Below, in pieces: positions 53,029 through 61,611 of a DNA stretch of 61,611 nucleotides. The position numbers were made by a program, and so were the translations under genes. The DNA comes from an uncultured SAR86 cluster bacterium (GTDB taxonomy: Bacteria > Pseudomonadota > Gammaproteobacteria > Magnimaribacterales > D2472): assembly GCA_902513515.1 (NCBI GenBank), contig CABXNE010000004.1, positions 1-61,611 on the forward strand. The letters run 5' to 3'. How positions within the stretch are numbered: the stretch's first letter is position 1; the number at the start of each line of letters is the position of its first letter. The notes beneath the pieces are model-generated. The model was not told the origin of the DNA, searched no databases, and saw only the letters and a list, made by a program, of their open reading frames with translations.

Positions 53029-54645
53029 TTAGGTTTTAATTTCCTCTAATCCAAGCTCTTCTTGAAGGAGCACAAAAGACTGAGATGAGCCAATCTCAGG
53101 ATTAATTCTTTCTATCTCTTTGATAAAATTAAACGAGGCTATGATCTTAGTTTTCCTGCAATCTAGGGATAAATATCCTCTATTGGAGGGATCCATCCAT
53201 TGAAGCTCCTTATTAATTTTTACAATGCTATTAACAAACTTAGCTTTATCTAAACTTAATATATCTGTAATTCCAGGAGAAGTTACAGATGGAGCTCCGA
53301 GCTCAACACCAACCTTCTTGCCAGATAGATCTTCAAGCTCAGAAATCCAGCTATTGTGTGTATCTCCAGCAAGGCTAATGAATTTTTTATTAGCGCTATT
53401 CATTAATTTATACAGCTTGTTCCTTTCTGCGGGATATCCATCCCAGGCATCAAGATTTGAAGGAATGCCCAACCCTAGAAATTTTAAATAAGGCTTTAAA
53501 AAGCTAGGAATTTCCTCGGAAGCAATCATTTTGCTTAAATCAGGAAATTTTAACTTTGCCATTAAGACTTGCTGACCAAAAATTGTCCAAACAGCATCTG
53601 TTTTAACAACGCTATTTTCAATCCAAGCAAGCTGCTCCGAGCCAATGAGCTCTCTGTTTTTAGAATTAAGTTCATTATAAAATTTTGCTTGATTGAACCC
53701 AGATTGGGTTAAGTATTCTTTTGGTTGGATTTGTTTATCTCTTCCATACTGTCTAGTATCTAGCATCAGTAAATGAATTAGTTTGCCAATTTTAAACTCT
53801 CTGAATATCCTTCTTTTATTTTGTTGCTCACGTATTGGCATCCATTCATAATAGGCCTTGATTGCTGCTGATCTTCGAGCATAAAAGTCTCCTTCTGAAC
53901 CATCTTCTGAATGGTTTTCTGCACCCCGCTTCCAAGCATCATTTGAAAACTCGTGATCGTCCCAAACAGCTATCAATGGCGCATTCTTATGGAGTGCTTT
54001 AGAGCCCTGATCTAGTTTATATTGAGCATGTCTTTGCCTGTAATCAGAGAGGGTAATCATTTCATGCAAGGGCCTGGGAACTCTTCCTAGTTTTTCTGCG
54101 TTATCAGTCGCATAACCCCCCATAGGATATTCATACAAATAATCGCCTAAATGTAGCCAAAGATCTAAATCATTTTTATCGGCTGCAGCTTGGTATGCGT
54201 TAAAATATCCCGCTGGATAATTACTACAACTAAAAATTCCAATCTTTGCTGTTGCAGTACTTTCTGAAAATGTTTTTGATTTACCAATCTCTGAAATGGC
54301 ATTTCCAGCTCTGAACCTATAAAAAAACCATTTATCACTATCACAATATTTCTTTGCTAAAAAATCATATTTTATGGTGTAGTCTGATAAGGAAGAGGTT
54401 TGTAATTTTTTTAAAAAAACAATTTTAGAAAAATTTTCATTTTCTGAAATTTCAAGGATTGTTTCTAGTGGTCCTGGTTTTTGAGGAGTTACCCTGGTCC
54501 ACAGAATGACCTTGCCTTCTAGAGGATCGCCGCTAGCAACGCCGTGATTAAAAAAATAATTATTTTGTGAGCAGCTAGAGCTTATTGATGTCGAAAGCCC
54601 TATTGCTCCAATTGATGATATTTTTAGAGCCTGCCTTCTTTTCAT
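53029..54645 (-). CDS. phoD: Alkaline phosphatase D family, Tat-exported, probable lipoprotein
   Basis: RRxxLK Tat motif then SSS-C; F.HGVASGDP, SCSN, HLGDY.YE, WDDHE..N, LDTR, DAWDGY, GDTH. Confidence 0.94.
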   Translation of the reverse strand: MKRRQALKISSIGAIGLSTSISSSCSQNNYFFNHGVASGDPLEGKVILWTRVTPQKPGPLETILEISENENFSKIVFLKKLQTSSLSDYTIKYDFLAKKYCDSDKWFFYRFRAGNAISEIGKSKTFSESTATAKIGIFSCSNYPAGYFNAYQAAADKNDLDLWLHLGDYLYEYPMGGYATDNAEKLGRVPRPLHEMITLSDYRQRHAQYKLDQGSKALHKNAPLIAVWDDHEFSNDAWKRGAENHSEDGSEGDFYARRSAAIKAYYEWMPIREQQNKRRIFREFKIGKLIHLLMLDTRQYGRDKQIQPKEYLTQSGFNQAKFYNELNSKNRELIGSEQLAWIENSVVKTDAVWTIFGQQVLMAKLKFPDLSKMIASEEIPSFLKPYLKFLGLGIPSNLDAWDGYPAERNKLYKLMNSANKKFISLAGDTHNSWISELEDLSGKKVGVELGAPSVTSPGITDILSLDKAKFVNSIVKINKELQWMDPSNRGYLSLDCRKTKIIASFNFIKEIERINPEIGSSQSFVLLQEELGLEEIKT

Positions 54646-54707
54646 TAGAAAATATTAACAGCCATTCACCTAAACTCTAAGAAAAAAAGCGGTCTATTTT
54701 TATATGA

Positions 54708-55034
54708 TTAGTCTTGTTTGTTTGCGGGCTGTATATTTATCGGTAAAGGAGATACCTGACTCTTATTTTGTTTGATCTTGGCCTCACCAGACTCTATAAC
54801 TTCGTCAATTCTTATTACTGAATTAATAGGAATATATGATCTTTCAACAGACTTGAACTCTTTCTCTAATTTTTCAGATGTTGGGTCAACTACTAGCTGT
54901 TTATTTTGATTAAATATATACTCTTCGACCTCTATGAAACCGTACATGTCACTTTGATAAATTTGTTTTGCAAAAATCTCGTATATTTCACCAAGTTGCA
55001 TGAAGATTATTTTGTATGTTTTCTTTTTGCTCAT
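54708..55034 (-). CDS. DUF1820 family protein
   Basis: YKIIF.Q.G..YEI.A, GFIEVEE..F, VDP..EKL..EF..V.RSYIP...VIRIDEV; divergent from miaB. Confidence 0.85.
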   Translation of the reverse strand: MSKKKTYKIIFMQLGEIYEIFAKQIYQSDMYGFIEVEEYIFNQNKQLVVDPTSEKLEKEFKSVERSYIPINSVIRIDEVIESGEAKIKQNKSQVSPLPINIQPANKQD

Positions 55035-55091
55035 GTCTAATTATATGGGAACGAAATTTGATAATGAAAGATTTTAGTTAATAATTTAAAT

Positions 55092-56417
55092 ATGGCAAAG
55101 AAATTATATATAAAAACTCATGGCTGTCAGATGAATGAATATGATTCGGCAAAAATGATGGATCTTTTGCAGGAAAAAGAAAGTTTTGAGCTTGCTAGTT
55201 CTGAAGATGACGCCGACCTATTAATTTTGAACACATGCTCTATAAGAGAAAAAGCTCAAGAAAAGGTGTTTCATCAGATTGGTAGGTGGAGAAAAATCAA
55301 GGAAGGCAAACCTGAATTAAAAATTGCCATAGGCGGTTGCGTTGCATCACAAGAAGGCTATGAGATCATCAAAAGAGCGCCCGCAGTTGATATAGTATTT
55401 GGACCTCAAACCTTACATAAACTTCCTGAACTCTATAAGAACAAGGTAAACTCTAATATAAATCAGGTAGACATCTCTTTTCCAAAATTAGAAAAATTTA
55501 ATTATCTGCCTGTTGCTGGCAAAGGTGAGCCTTCTGCATTTGTTTCAATAGCCGAGGGGTGCAATAAATATTGCTCATTTTGTGTTGTCCCTAAGACACG
55601 AGGTCATGAAGTATCCAGAAGCATTGAAGATATTTTAAATGAAGTGTCTACTTTGGCTGATAAAGGAACTAGAGAAATTAATTTTCTTGGACAAAATGTT
55701 AATAATTTTAAAGGCACTTATAATGGAGAGAAATCATCTTTGGCAAAGCTAATTGAATTAGCAGCAAAAATTGAGAATATTGAGAGAATTCGTTTTACAA
55801 CCAGCCACCCTCATGAATTTAAGGATGATTTAGTTGAAGTTTATGACAAAGTCCCCGAGCTTGTTAGTCATGTTCATTTACCCGTTCAAAGCGGCTCAGA
55901 TAGAATTTTAAAATTAATGAGACGAAGATATAACGCAGAAAAATATTTAGCTCTTATTGAAAGGATTAGGGCAATAAGACCAGATATGAGTTTTTCTTCT
56001 GATTTTATTGTTGGATTTCCAGGTGAAACACAACAGGATTTCCAAGAGACTATAAATATTATCAATGAAGTTAAGTTCGATGAGTCATATAGCTTCATCT
56101 ACAGCCCAAGACCAAATACAACAGCAGCTGAAATGATAGATGATGTATCTTTGGATGAAAAGAAAGAGCGTTTGAATATATTGCAATCAAGACTTAATCA
56201 ACTATCCTTTGGGTACAGTCGTAAAAAAGTAGGTACAAACCAAAGTTGTTTAATTTTTGGCCAATCGAAAAGAGATCCTGGCCAACTGCAGGGAAGAACT
56301 ATTTGTAACAGAATTGTTAATTTTCAATCAAGCAAGCTGGATCTAGTGGGCCAGTTTGCAAATATTCACATCCAAGAAGCTCTAACAAATAGCCTTAGAG
56401 GCAAGCTAGAAAATTAA
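55092..56417 (+). CDS. miaB: tRNA methylthiotransferase MiaB
   Basis: [22 protein letters not shown], radical [32 protein letters not shown] domain. Confidence 0.98.
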   Translation: MAKKLYIKTHGCQMNEYDSAKMMDLLQEKESFELASSEDDADLLILNTCSIREKAQEKVFHQIGRWRKIKEGKPELKIAIGGCVASQEGYEIIKRAPAVDIVFGPQTLHKLPELYKNKVNSNINQVDISFPKLEKFNYLPVAGKGEPSAFVSIAEGCNKYCSFCVVPKTRGHEVSRSIEDILNEVSTLADKGTREINFLGQNVNNFKGTYNGEKSSLAKLIELAAKIENIERIRFTTSHPHEFKDDLVEVYDKVPELVSHVHLPVQSGSDRILKLMRRRYNAEKYLALIERIRAIRPDMSFSSDFIVGFPGETQQDFQETINIINEVKFDESYSFIYSPRPNTTAAEMIDDVSLDEKKERLNILQSRLNQLSFGYSRKKVGTNQSCLIFGQSKRDPGQLQGRTICNRIVNFQSSKLDLVGQFANIHIQEALTNSLRGKLEN

Positions 56418-57382
56418 TGTCAAAAGATCTATCTTCAACTAACTTAGAACTCATCCCCAATGATGCCGACGTTTTAATAAGATTTGTAGGAGAATTAAAC
56501 GGAAACCTTAAATTGGTTGAGAAAACATTTAAGGTCAAAATATTTCAAAATGGCAATAAGATAGTTATATCTGGAGATGAAGAAAATACAAAAAAAGCCT
56601 CCAATGCAATAAAAGATTTATATGCATCGACCTCAAAAGGCATCGAATTATCTAGGGAAAAAATACAAATGGCTATAAATAATAATGAAGATCTAAATCT
56701 GATTTCTTCGTCTCTTGATATTAAAGAAAATAGCATTAAGACACCTAAAAGAAATATAAAGCCCAGAGGAAAGAACCAAAATAATTACTTGCTCAATATG
56801 AATGAATATGAGATTAATTTTGGAATAGGTCCTGCAGGAACTGGAAAGACTTATTTAGCTGTGGCAAAGGCGGTTGAAAAGCTTGTCAATGAAGATGTAA
56901 AAAAAATTGTCCTGATACGCCCTGCTGTTGAAGCCGGAGAGAAGTTAGGCTTTTTACCAGGAGATCTGTCGCAAAAAGTAGACCCTTACTTAAGGCCTTT
57001 ATATGATGCTTTATATGAGATGCTTGGTTTCGAACAAGTAGTTAGGTTACTTGAAAAAGAAATTCTTGAGGTTGCCCCGCTGGCATACCTTAGAGGGAGG
57101 ACATTAAATAATGCATTTATCATCATGGATGAAAGTCAGAATACTTCTGTTGACCAGATGAAAATGTTTTTAACAAGAATGGGTTTTGGGTCTTATGCAG
57201 TCATAAATGGTGATATTACTCAAACTGATCTCCCTAAGAATATTGACTCTGGGCTTGCTCATGCTATGAAAGTTTTAGATGGTATAGAGGATATTGGGTT
57301 TACCATTTTTAATTCAAAAGATGTTGTAAGACATCCATTGGTTAGAAAGATTGTTGATGCATACGATAAATTTGATCACTAA
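56417..57382 (+). CDS. ybeZ: PhoH-family ATPase (YbeZ)
   Basis: GPAGTGKTYLA, RPAVEAGEKLGFLPGD, RGRTL, DESQN, GDITQ.DL, DVVRHPLV. Confidence 0.96.
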   Translation: MSKDLSSTNLELIPNDADVLIRFVGELNGNLKLVEKTFKVKIFQNGNKIVISGDEENTKKASNAIKDLYASTSKGIELSREKIQMAINNNEDLNLISSSLDIKENSIKTPKRNIKPRGKNQNNYLLNMNEYEINFGIGPAGTGKTYLAVAKAVEKLVNEDVKKIVLIRPAVEAGEKLGFLPGDLSQKVDPYLRPLYDALYEMLGFEQVVRLLEKEILEVAPLAYLRGRTLNNAFIIMDESQNTSVDQMKMFLTRMGFGSYAVINGDITQTDLPKNIDSGLAHAMKVLDGIEDIGFTIFNSKDVVRHPLVRKIVDAYDKFDH

Positions 57383-57839
57383 GAAATTGAGATTAAATAT
57401 TTTCAAAAATGAATTTAATGATTTCTCTGAGAGATTAGAGGAAAAGTTAAATTTTTTGGCAGACTATATTTTGGTTGACCAAAGGAAGGGCAAACTTAAA
57501 ATAAATCTTAAGTTTGTTTCAACTTCTGAAATGATAAAATTTAACAAAGATTTTAGAAATAAAAATTTAGATACAAATGTTCTGTCTTTTCCTGCAAGTG
57601 AGGACGCTCAAAAGATTTCTGGTGAATTGGGCGATATTGTTATGAGTATTCCATATATAAAAATTGAGTCACAGAACTTGAATAGAGATCTAGAGGATCA
57701 TATGATGCATTTATTAGCTCATGGAATACTTCATTTATTAGGTTTTGATCATAACAAAGATACGGATGCCGACATGATGGAGGCACAAGAGATTAAATAC
57801 TTAGAGAATTTTAAAATAGCTAACCCATACAGAATATGA
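57372..57839 (+). CDS. ybeY: rRNA maturation endoribonuclease YbeY
   Basis: TNVLSFP, LGDIV, HGILHLLGFDH, ME..E; start uncertain (57351-57372). Confidence 0.95.
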   Translation: MITKKLRLNIFKNEFNDFSERLEEKLNFLADYILVDQRKGKLKINLKFVSTSEMIKFNKDFRNKNLDTNVLSFPASEDAQKISGELGDIVMSIPYIKIESQNLNRDLEDHMMHLLAHGILHLLGFDHNKDTDADMMEAQEIKYLENFKIANPYRI

Positions 57840-58678
57840 CGAATCAAGATACTGACCAAGAACAGCCCCCGTCGAGCATTTTAAATAAAATAAAACGCTT
57901 TTTTACCATTAAGCCGTCTAGTTTAGATGATGTTTCCATTCTGCTTGAAGATGCCTTGAGCGCTAGGCTGATTGATAAAGAGGCTCAATTTATTGCGGAA
58001 CGAGCAATCAGATTGGGAGATACAACTGTAAAGGAGATAATGGTACCAAGGGTTGAAATGGTTATACTTGCACCTGATGAGGATCCTATGAGGATGATTA
58101 ACAGAATAATTGATTCTGGTCACTCAAGATATCCTGTTCTTGGGCCGACTAAAAATGAGGTTCAAGGTATTTTGCTTGCAAAAGACCTACTCCCCACCAT
58201 TAACAAAGACCTAGAAGACTTTAACCTTATTAATTTGATTCGAGATATTAAAGTTGTGCCCGAATCAAAGAAAGCAGATTCATTGCTTGAAGAATTTAAA
58301 AAAGATCGATCACATATGGCCATTGTAATTGATGAATATGGAACAATATCTGGATTGGTGACCATAGAGGATATTTTAGAGGAGCTTGTTGGTGAAATTG
58401 AAGATGAGCATGATTCAGATGACGAGGATCTTATTCAAGTAAGTGAGTATGAATATATTGCTGATGCTACGCTTGAGTTATCAGAATTTGAAAACAAATT
58501 TAATAAAAATTTTAATGGGATGGATGCAGAAACTTTAGCTGGTTTATTTATAAATAAACTAGGATTTCTTCCAAAGGTTGGCGATAAAATTGAATTAGAT
58601 GACATGATTCTAGCAGTGACAGCTGCAGACAAAAGAAAGATAAAAAAAATTGGCATCACCATTAAAACAAATTCATAA
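57836..58678 (+). CDS. corC: Mg/Co efflux CBS-domain protein CorC (YbeX)
   Basis: IMVPR, SGHSRYPV, GILLAKDLL, VPESK, DEYG...GLVTIED.LEE.VGEIEDEHD. Confidence 0.94.
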   Translation: MTNQDTDQEQPPSSILNKIKRFFTIKPSSLDDVSILLEDALSARLIDKEAQFIAERAIRLGDTTVKEIMVPRVEMVILAPDEDPMRMINRIIDSGHSRYPVLGPTKNEVQGILLAKDLLPTINKDLEDFNLINLIRDIKVVPESKKADSLLEEFKKDRSHMAIVIDEYGTISGLVTIEDILEELVGEIEDEHDSDDEDLIQVSEYEYIADATLELSEFENKFNKNFNGMDAETLAGLFINKLGFLPKVGDKIELDDMILAVTAADKRKIKKIGITIKTNS

Positions 58679-60137
58679 AGCCCCTTTCATATCATATATA
58701 TTTCTTGGATTTATTGGTGCGTTATCAACCCTAGCTTTTAGCCCTTTTGATATTAAGCTGATAATCCCATTAACATTAGCCATCCTAATTTATTCAACTG
58801 TTAATTCAAAAAATTTCATTGATGCTTTTAAGTGTGCTTTTTCGTGGGGTTTCGGATATTGGATAAGTGGTACAGGATGGTTAATAGTAAGTATTTACTA
58901 TTATGGGAACACCAATATTATAATATCTACCATTATTATAATATTAATGGGAATATTGCTATCAGCCGTCTTTATTGCCCCTTTCGCAGCCGTGAGATTA
59001 ATTCAATTTAATCAAAATATTTTTGTTAAAAGCATGTTTCTTGCAAGTTTCTTAACCATATTAGAGCTTTCTAGATTTTTATTATTAGGCGGCTTTCCGT
59101 GGCTGTTGCCAGGGTTAGTATTTCTAGATACTTTTGGTCAAGCTACGATACCAATTTTTGGAGTTTATGGAGCTTCATACATTATTTATTTTTTCACATC
59201 TTTGATTGCTCTATGTATAGTAGAGAAAAAAAAGAATTTTTTATTTTTGGGGATATTATGTCTATCAATTTTTCTTCCATACCAAAATAATCAAAACAAT
59301 CAAAAAGAAGCCCTTAACGAAAATTTAAATCTTTTAATCATTCAGCCATCCTTGAATCCTTTTGAAAAATATAAGGCAGGATCTCATGTAACCATTGAAG
59401 ACGCACTAGTAAATATAACAAACAAGAACAAAAATACAGATTTAATAATTTGGCCAGAATCACCCTTGCCATATTTGAACTCAAACCCAAAAATGGGCCA
59501 GCTTCTCGCAAGGATAGAAGATGGGCCAAAAGTTTTATCTGGTTCTTGGCAATATGAAAATAACAACCTATATAATTCAATGTCCATTCTTGGAACTCAC
59601 CAAACCTATTTAAAGAGACATCTTGTACCGTTTGGTGAATATGTGCCTTTTGAAGATATTTTAAGGGGCTTAATTGATTTTTTTAATATGCCCATGTCAT
59701 CTCTAAGCCCAGGGGGGGCTAACCAGGAGTTGCTTGAGTTTAGAAATTTTAGAATTTTAGGAATGATTTGTTTTGATATTGCATTTCCTTTAAGCTATTT
59801 GAAGGAGATAAGGAAATCTGATTTTATAGTTAACATCAGTAATGATACCTGGTTTGGAAGCTCATACGGACCATATCAACACCTGCAGATTGTTAGAGCA
59901 CGAGCATTAGAGTCTAACAAATGGATAGCAAGAGGAACTTCGGATGGTATATCAACAATAGTTGATAATAATGGAACAATTGTTTCTATATTAGAAAAGG
60001 GAATAAGCGGCTCTTTAAATGCAGATATATATAAAACTTCAAAAACCAGTGTCTTTTATTTATATGGTTACCTTATTTCCCCTATTTTATCGCTTATTAT
60101 GATGATGAGTGTTCTTGTATTAAAATTTAGGAAATGA
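58650..60137 (+). CDS. lnt: Apolipoprotein N-acyltransferase
   Basis: GFPW, catalytic E-K-C (WPES, KRHLVPFGEY, ICFD), NDTWFG...GP.QH, RA.E. Confidence 0.96.
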   Translation: MASPLKQIHKAPFISYIFLGFIGALSTLAFSPFDIKLIIPLTLAILIYSTVNSKNFIDAFKCAFSWGFGYWISGTGWLIVSIYYYGNTNIIISTIIIILMGILLSAVFIAPFAAVRLIQFNQNIFVKSMFLASFLTILELSRFLLLGGFPWLLPGLVFLDTFGQATIPIFGVYGASYIIYFFTSLIALCIVEKKKNFLFLGILCLSIFLPYQNNQNNQKEALNENLNLLIIQPSLNPFEKYKAGSHVTIEDALVNITNKNKNTDLIIWPESPLPYLNSNPKMGQLLARIEDGPKVLSGSWQYENNNLYNSMSILGTHQTYLKRHLVPFGEYVPFEDILRGLIDFFNMPMSSLSPGGANQELLEFRNFRILGMICFDIAFPLSYLKEIRKSDFIVNISNDTWFGSSYGPYQHLQIVRARALESNKWIARGTSDGISTIVDNNGTIVSILEKGISGSLNADIYKTSKTSVFYLYGYLISPILSLIMMMSVLVLKFRK

Positions 60138-60667
60138 AACTCTTTACCCTGATTATAGCTGCACTTATATCTTTATCCCTATTTGCTGATTATTCAGTTA
60201 ATGTAAGTATTTCAGAACAAAGACTCTATTTAATTGATGGTGGAAGTATTGTTAGAAGCTATCCTATATCTAGTTCTGCCTATGGAGAGGGCCAAATTGA
60301 GAACTCATTAAAGACTCCCCTTGGAAGGCATGAGATAAAAACAAAAATAGGAACAGATGTTTCTAAATATCAATTTTTTATTAGTCGTGAACACATTGCT
60401 CAAGAGGCAGATATTATCCATGAGCCATTTGATTCGCCAGATGATTTTATTACAACACGGATCATGTGGCTTACAGGTTTAACCGAGGGAATTAATAAGG
60501 GTGGAAGTGTTGATTCATTCAAAAGATTTATTTATATCCATGGCACTCATGAAGAGGGTTTAATAGGCAAAAAAGCATCGCATGGATGTATCAGGATGCT
60601 AAATCATGATGTTTTAGAGCTTTTTAATATAATTCCAGAAAAAACAGCTGTAAATATCTATTTATAG
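60134..60667 (+). CDS. L,D-transpeptidase (stand-alone YkuD domain)
   Basis: Signal peptide; V....Q.L, TP.G, IYIHGT...IG...SHGCIRM. Confidence 0.92.
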   Translation: MKLFTLIIAALISLSLFADYSVNVSISEQRLYLIDGGSIVRSYPISSSAYGEGQIENSLKTPLGRHEIKTKIGTDVSKYQFFISREHIAQEADIIHEPFDSPDDFITTRIMWLTGLTEGINKGGSVDSFKRFIYIHGTHEEGLIGKKASHGCIRMLNHDVLELFNIIPEKTAVNIYL

Positions 60668-60679
60668 GATTCTTAGGCT

Positions 60680-61611
60680 CTATACCCCTCCCATATTAGC
60701 TTTCTTAAAGCTTAATAGCTCAGATCTGTCATCGGGCGCAGGAGCTTCGCCAAATGCCCCTGATTCATCTGCTAGTTTTTTTAATAGTGGAGCAGGTTTC
60801 CAGAAATTATCATCTAATTCTGAAAAAGCGTTCATTTTATTAATTACTTCTGATAAACCCAGCTGGTTTGCATAGAACATTGGTCCACCTCTCCAGATAG
60901 GGAATCCATAACCATTTATATAGACTATATCCATGTCACCCGATCTTTGGGCCACACCCTCGTCTAAAATGCGTGCACCCTCGTTAACAAGAGCCAGAAT
61001 ACATCTATCTACAATTTCTTGATCAGATATTTCCCTTCTTTCAATATTATTCTGATCTGACATTTCCTTGTATATAGATTCATTTTCTGGAGCAGGGTTT
61101 GGAGCTCTAGAGCCTTCTGAATAATTGTAAAAACCTTTGGAGTTTTTTTGACCAAACCTGTCTTGTTCACATAAGGCATCTGAGATTTTATTAGCTAGCG
61201 GAGTTTCGATTTTAGCTAATTTACGAGCTCTCCACCCAAGATCCAAGCCGACCAAATCCATCATCCTAAATGGCCCCATGCTCATGCCAAAAGATTCTAA
61301 AGCACCATCAACTTGATTTGGTAGCGCACCTTCAAGTAATAACATATTTGCCTGGTATGTATATCCAGCCAACATCCTATTGCCTATGAACCCTGGAGCA
61401 TTAAGCGACACAACAGCCGCTTTACCCATCTTCTTCCCAAGAGACATTACAGTTGCCATGGTTTCGTCTGAGGAATCTTTACCCCTAACGACTTCAAGCA
61501 ATCGCATCACATTTGCTGGACTAAAAAAGTGAGTACCCACTACCTTTCCAGGTCTTTTTGTTGCTGAAGCTATTGCATCAATATCTAGTCCAGAAGTATT
61601 AGATGCAAGTA
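60680..61611 (-). CDS. 3-hydroxyacyl-CoA dehydrogenase (C-terminal part; gene begins beyond window)
   Basis: Frame open to the window end (LASNTSGLD...); HFFSPANVMRLLEVV, GFIGNR, MGPF...DL.GLD, GYGFP..RGGPM. Confidence 0.93.
   Translation of the reverse strand, partial: LASNTSGLDIDAIASATKRPGKVVGTHFFSPANVMRLLEVVRGKDSSDETMATVMSLGKKMGKAAVVSLNAPGFIGNRMLAGYTYQANMLLLEGALPNQVDGALESFGMSMGPFRMMDLVGLDLGWRARKLAKIETPLANKISDALCEQDRFGQKNSKGFYNYSEGSRAPNPAPENESIYKEMSDQNNIERREISDQEIVDRCILALVNEGARILDEGVAQRSGDMDIVYINGYGFPIWRGGPMFYANQLGLSEVINKMNAFSELDDNFWKPAPLLKKLADESGAFGEAPAPDDRSELLSFKKANMGGV

Noticed and set aside
56417-57382. PhoH plus PhoD as a phosphate-regulon island
   Set aside because: This PhoH is the housekeeping YbeZ of the miaB-ybeZ-ybeY-corC-lnt operon.

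Overview
A dense, AT-rich, almost gap-free block of core genome from the origin-proximal region of a streamlined gammaproteobacterium. Gene order resembles a compressed Pseudomonas-type chromosome; a marine SAR86-like lineage is my inference, not a search result. Contents in order: dnaA(partial)-dnaN-recF-gyrB; plsC; glycyl-tRNA synthetase; lpxL; trkH-trkA; fmt-def; purE-tsaC-hemF-aroE; a full aa3-type cytochrome c oxidase cluster with assembly genes; a phosphatase; qor; gshA; pckA; dsbB; polA; yihA; cyt c4-dsbA-cyt c5; the ubiK/yigB/xerC/yigA/dapF block; ahcY; metK; tkt-pgk-fba-dtd; tatABC; ubiEJB; rsgA/orn; phoD; miaB-ybeZ-ybeY-corC-lnt; an L,D-transpeptidase; and a partial 3-hydroxyacyl-CoA dehydrogenase. 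I saw no mobile element, prophage, CRISPR array, rRNA or tRNA, and no convincing new multi-gene system. The best observations are smaller. (1) A compact SAM-II-type riboswitch upstream of metK that lies well away from the RBS. (2) A single-chain alpha2 GlyRS at the position normally held by glyQ/glyS. (3) A Coq4-motif protein next to yihA. (4) An unannotated 43-aa LptM/YifL-like lipoprotein whose start codon sits inside a terminator-like hairpin. (5) A parS palindrome inside recF. (6) A GyrB lacking the proteobacterial TOPRIM insertion. (7) A DapF with altered substrate-binding motifs. (8) Several candidate leaderless promoters and convergent genes with interlocked stop codons.
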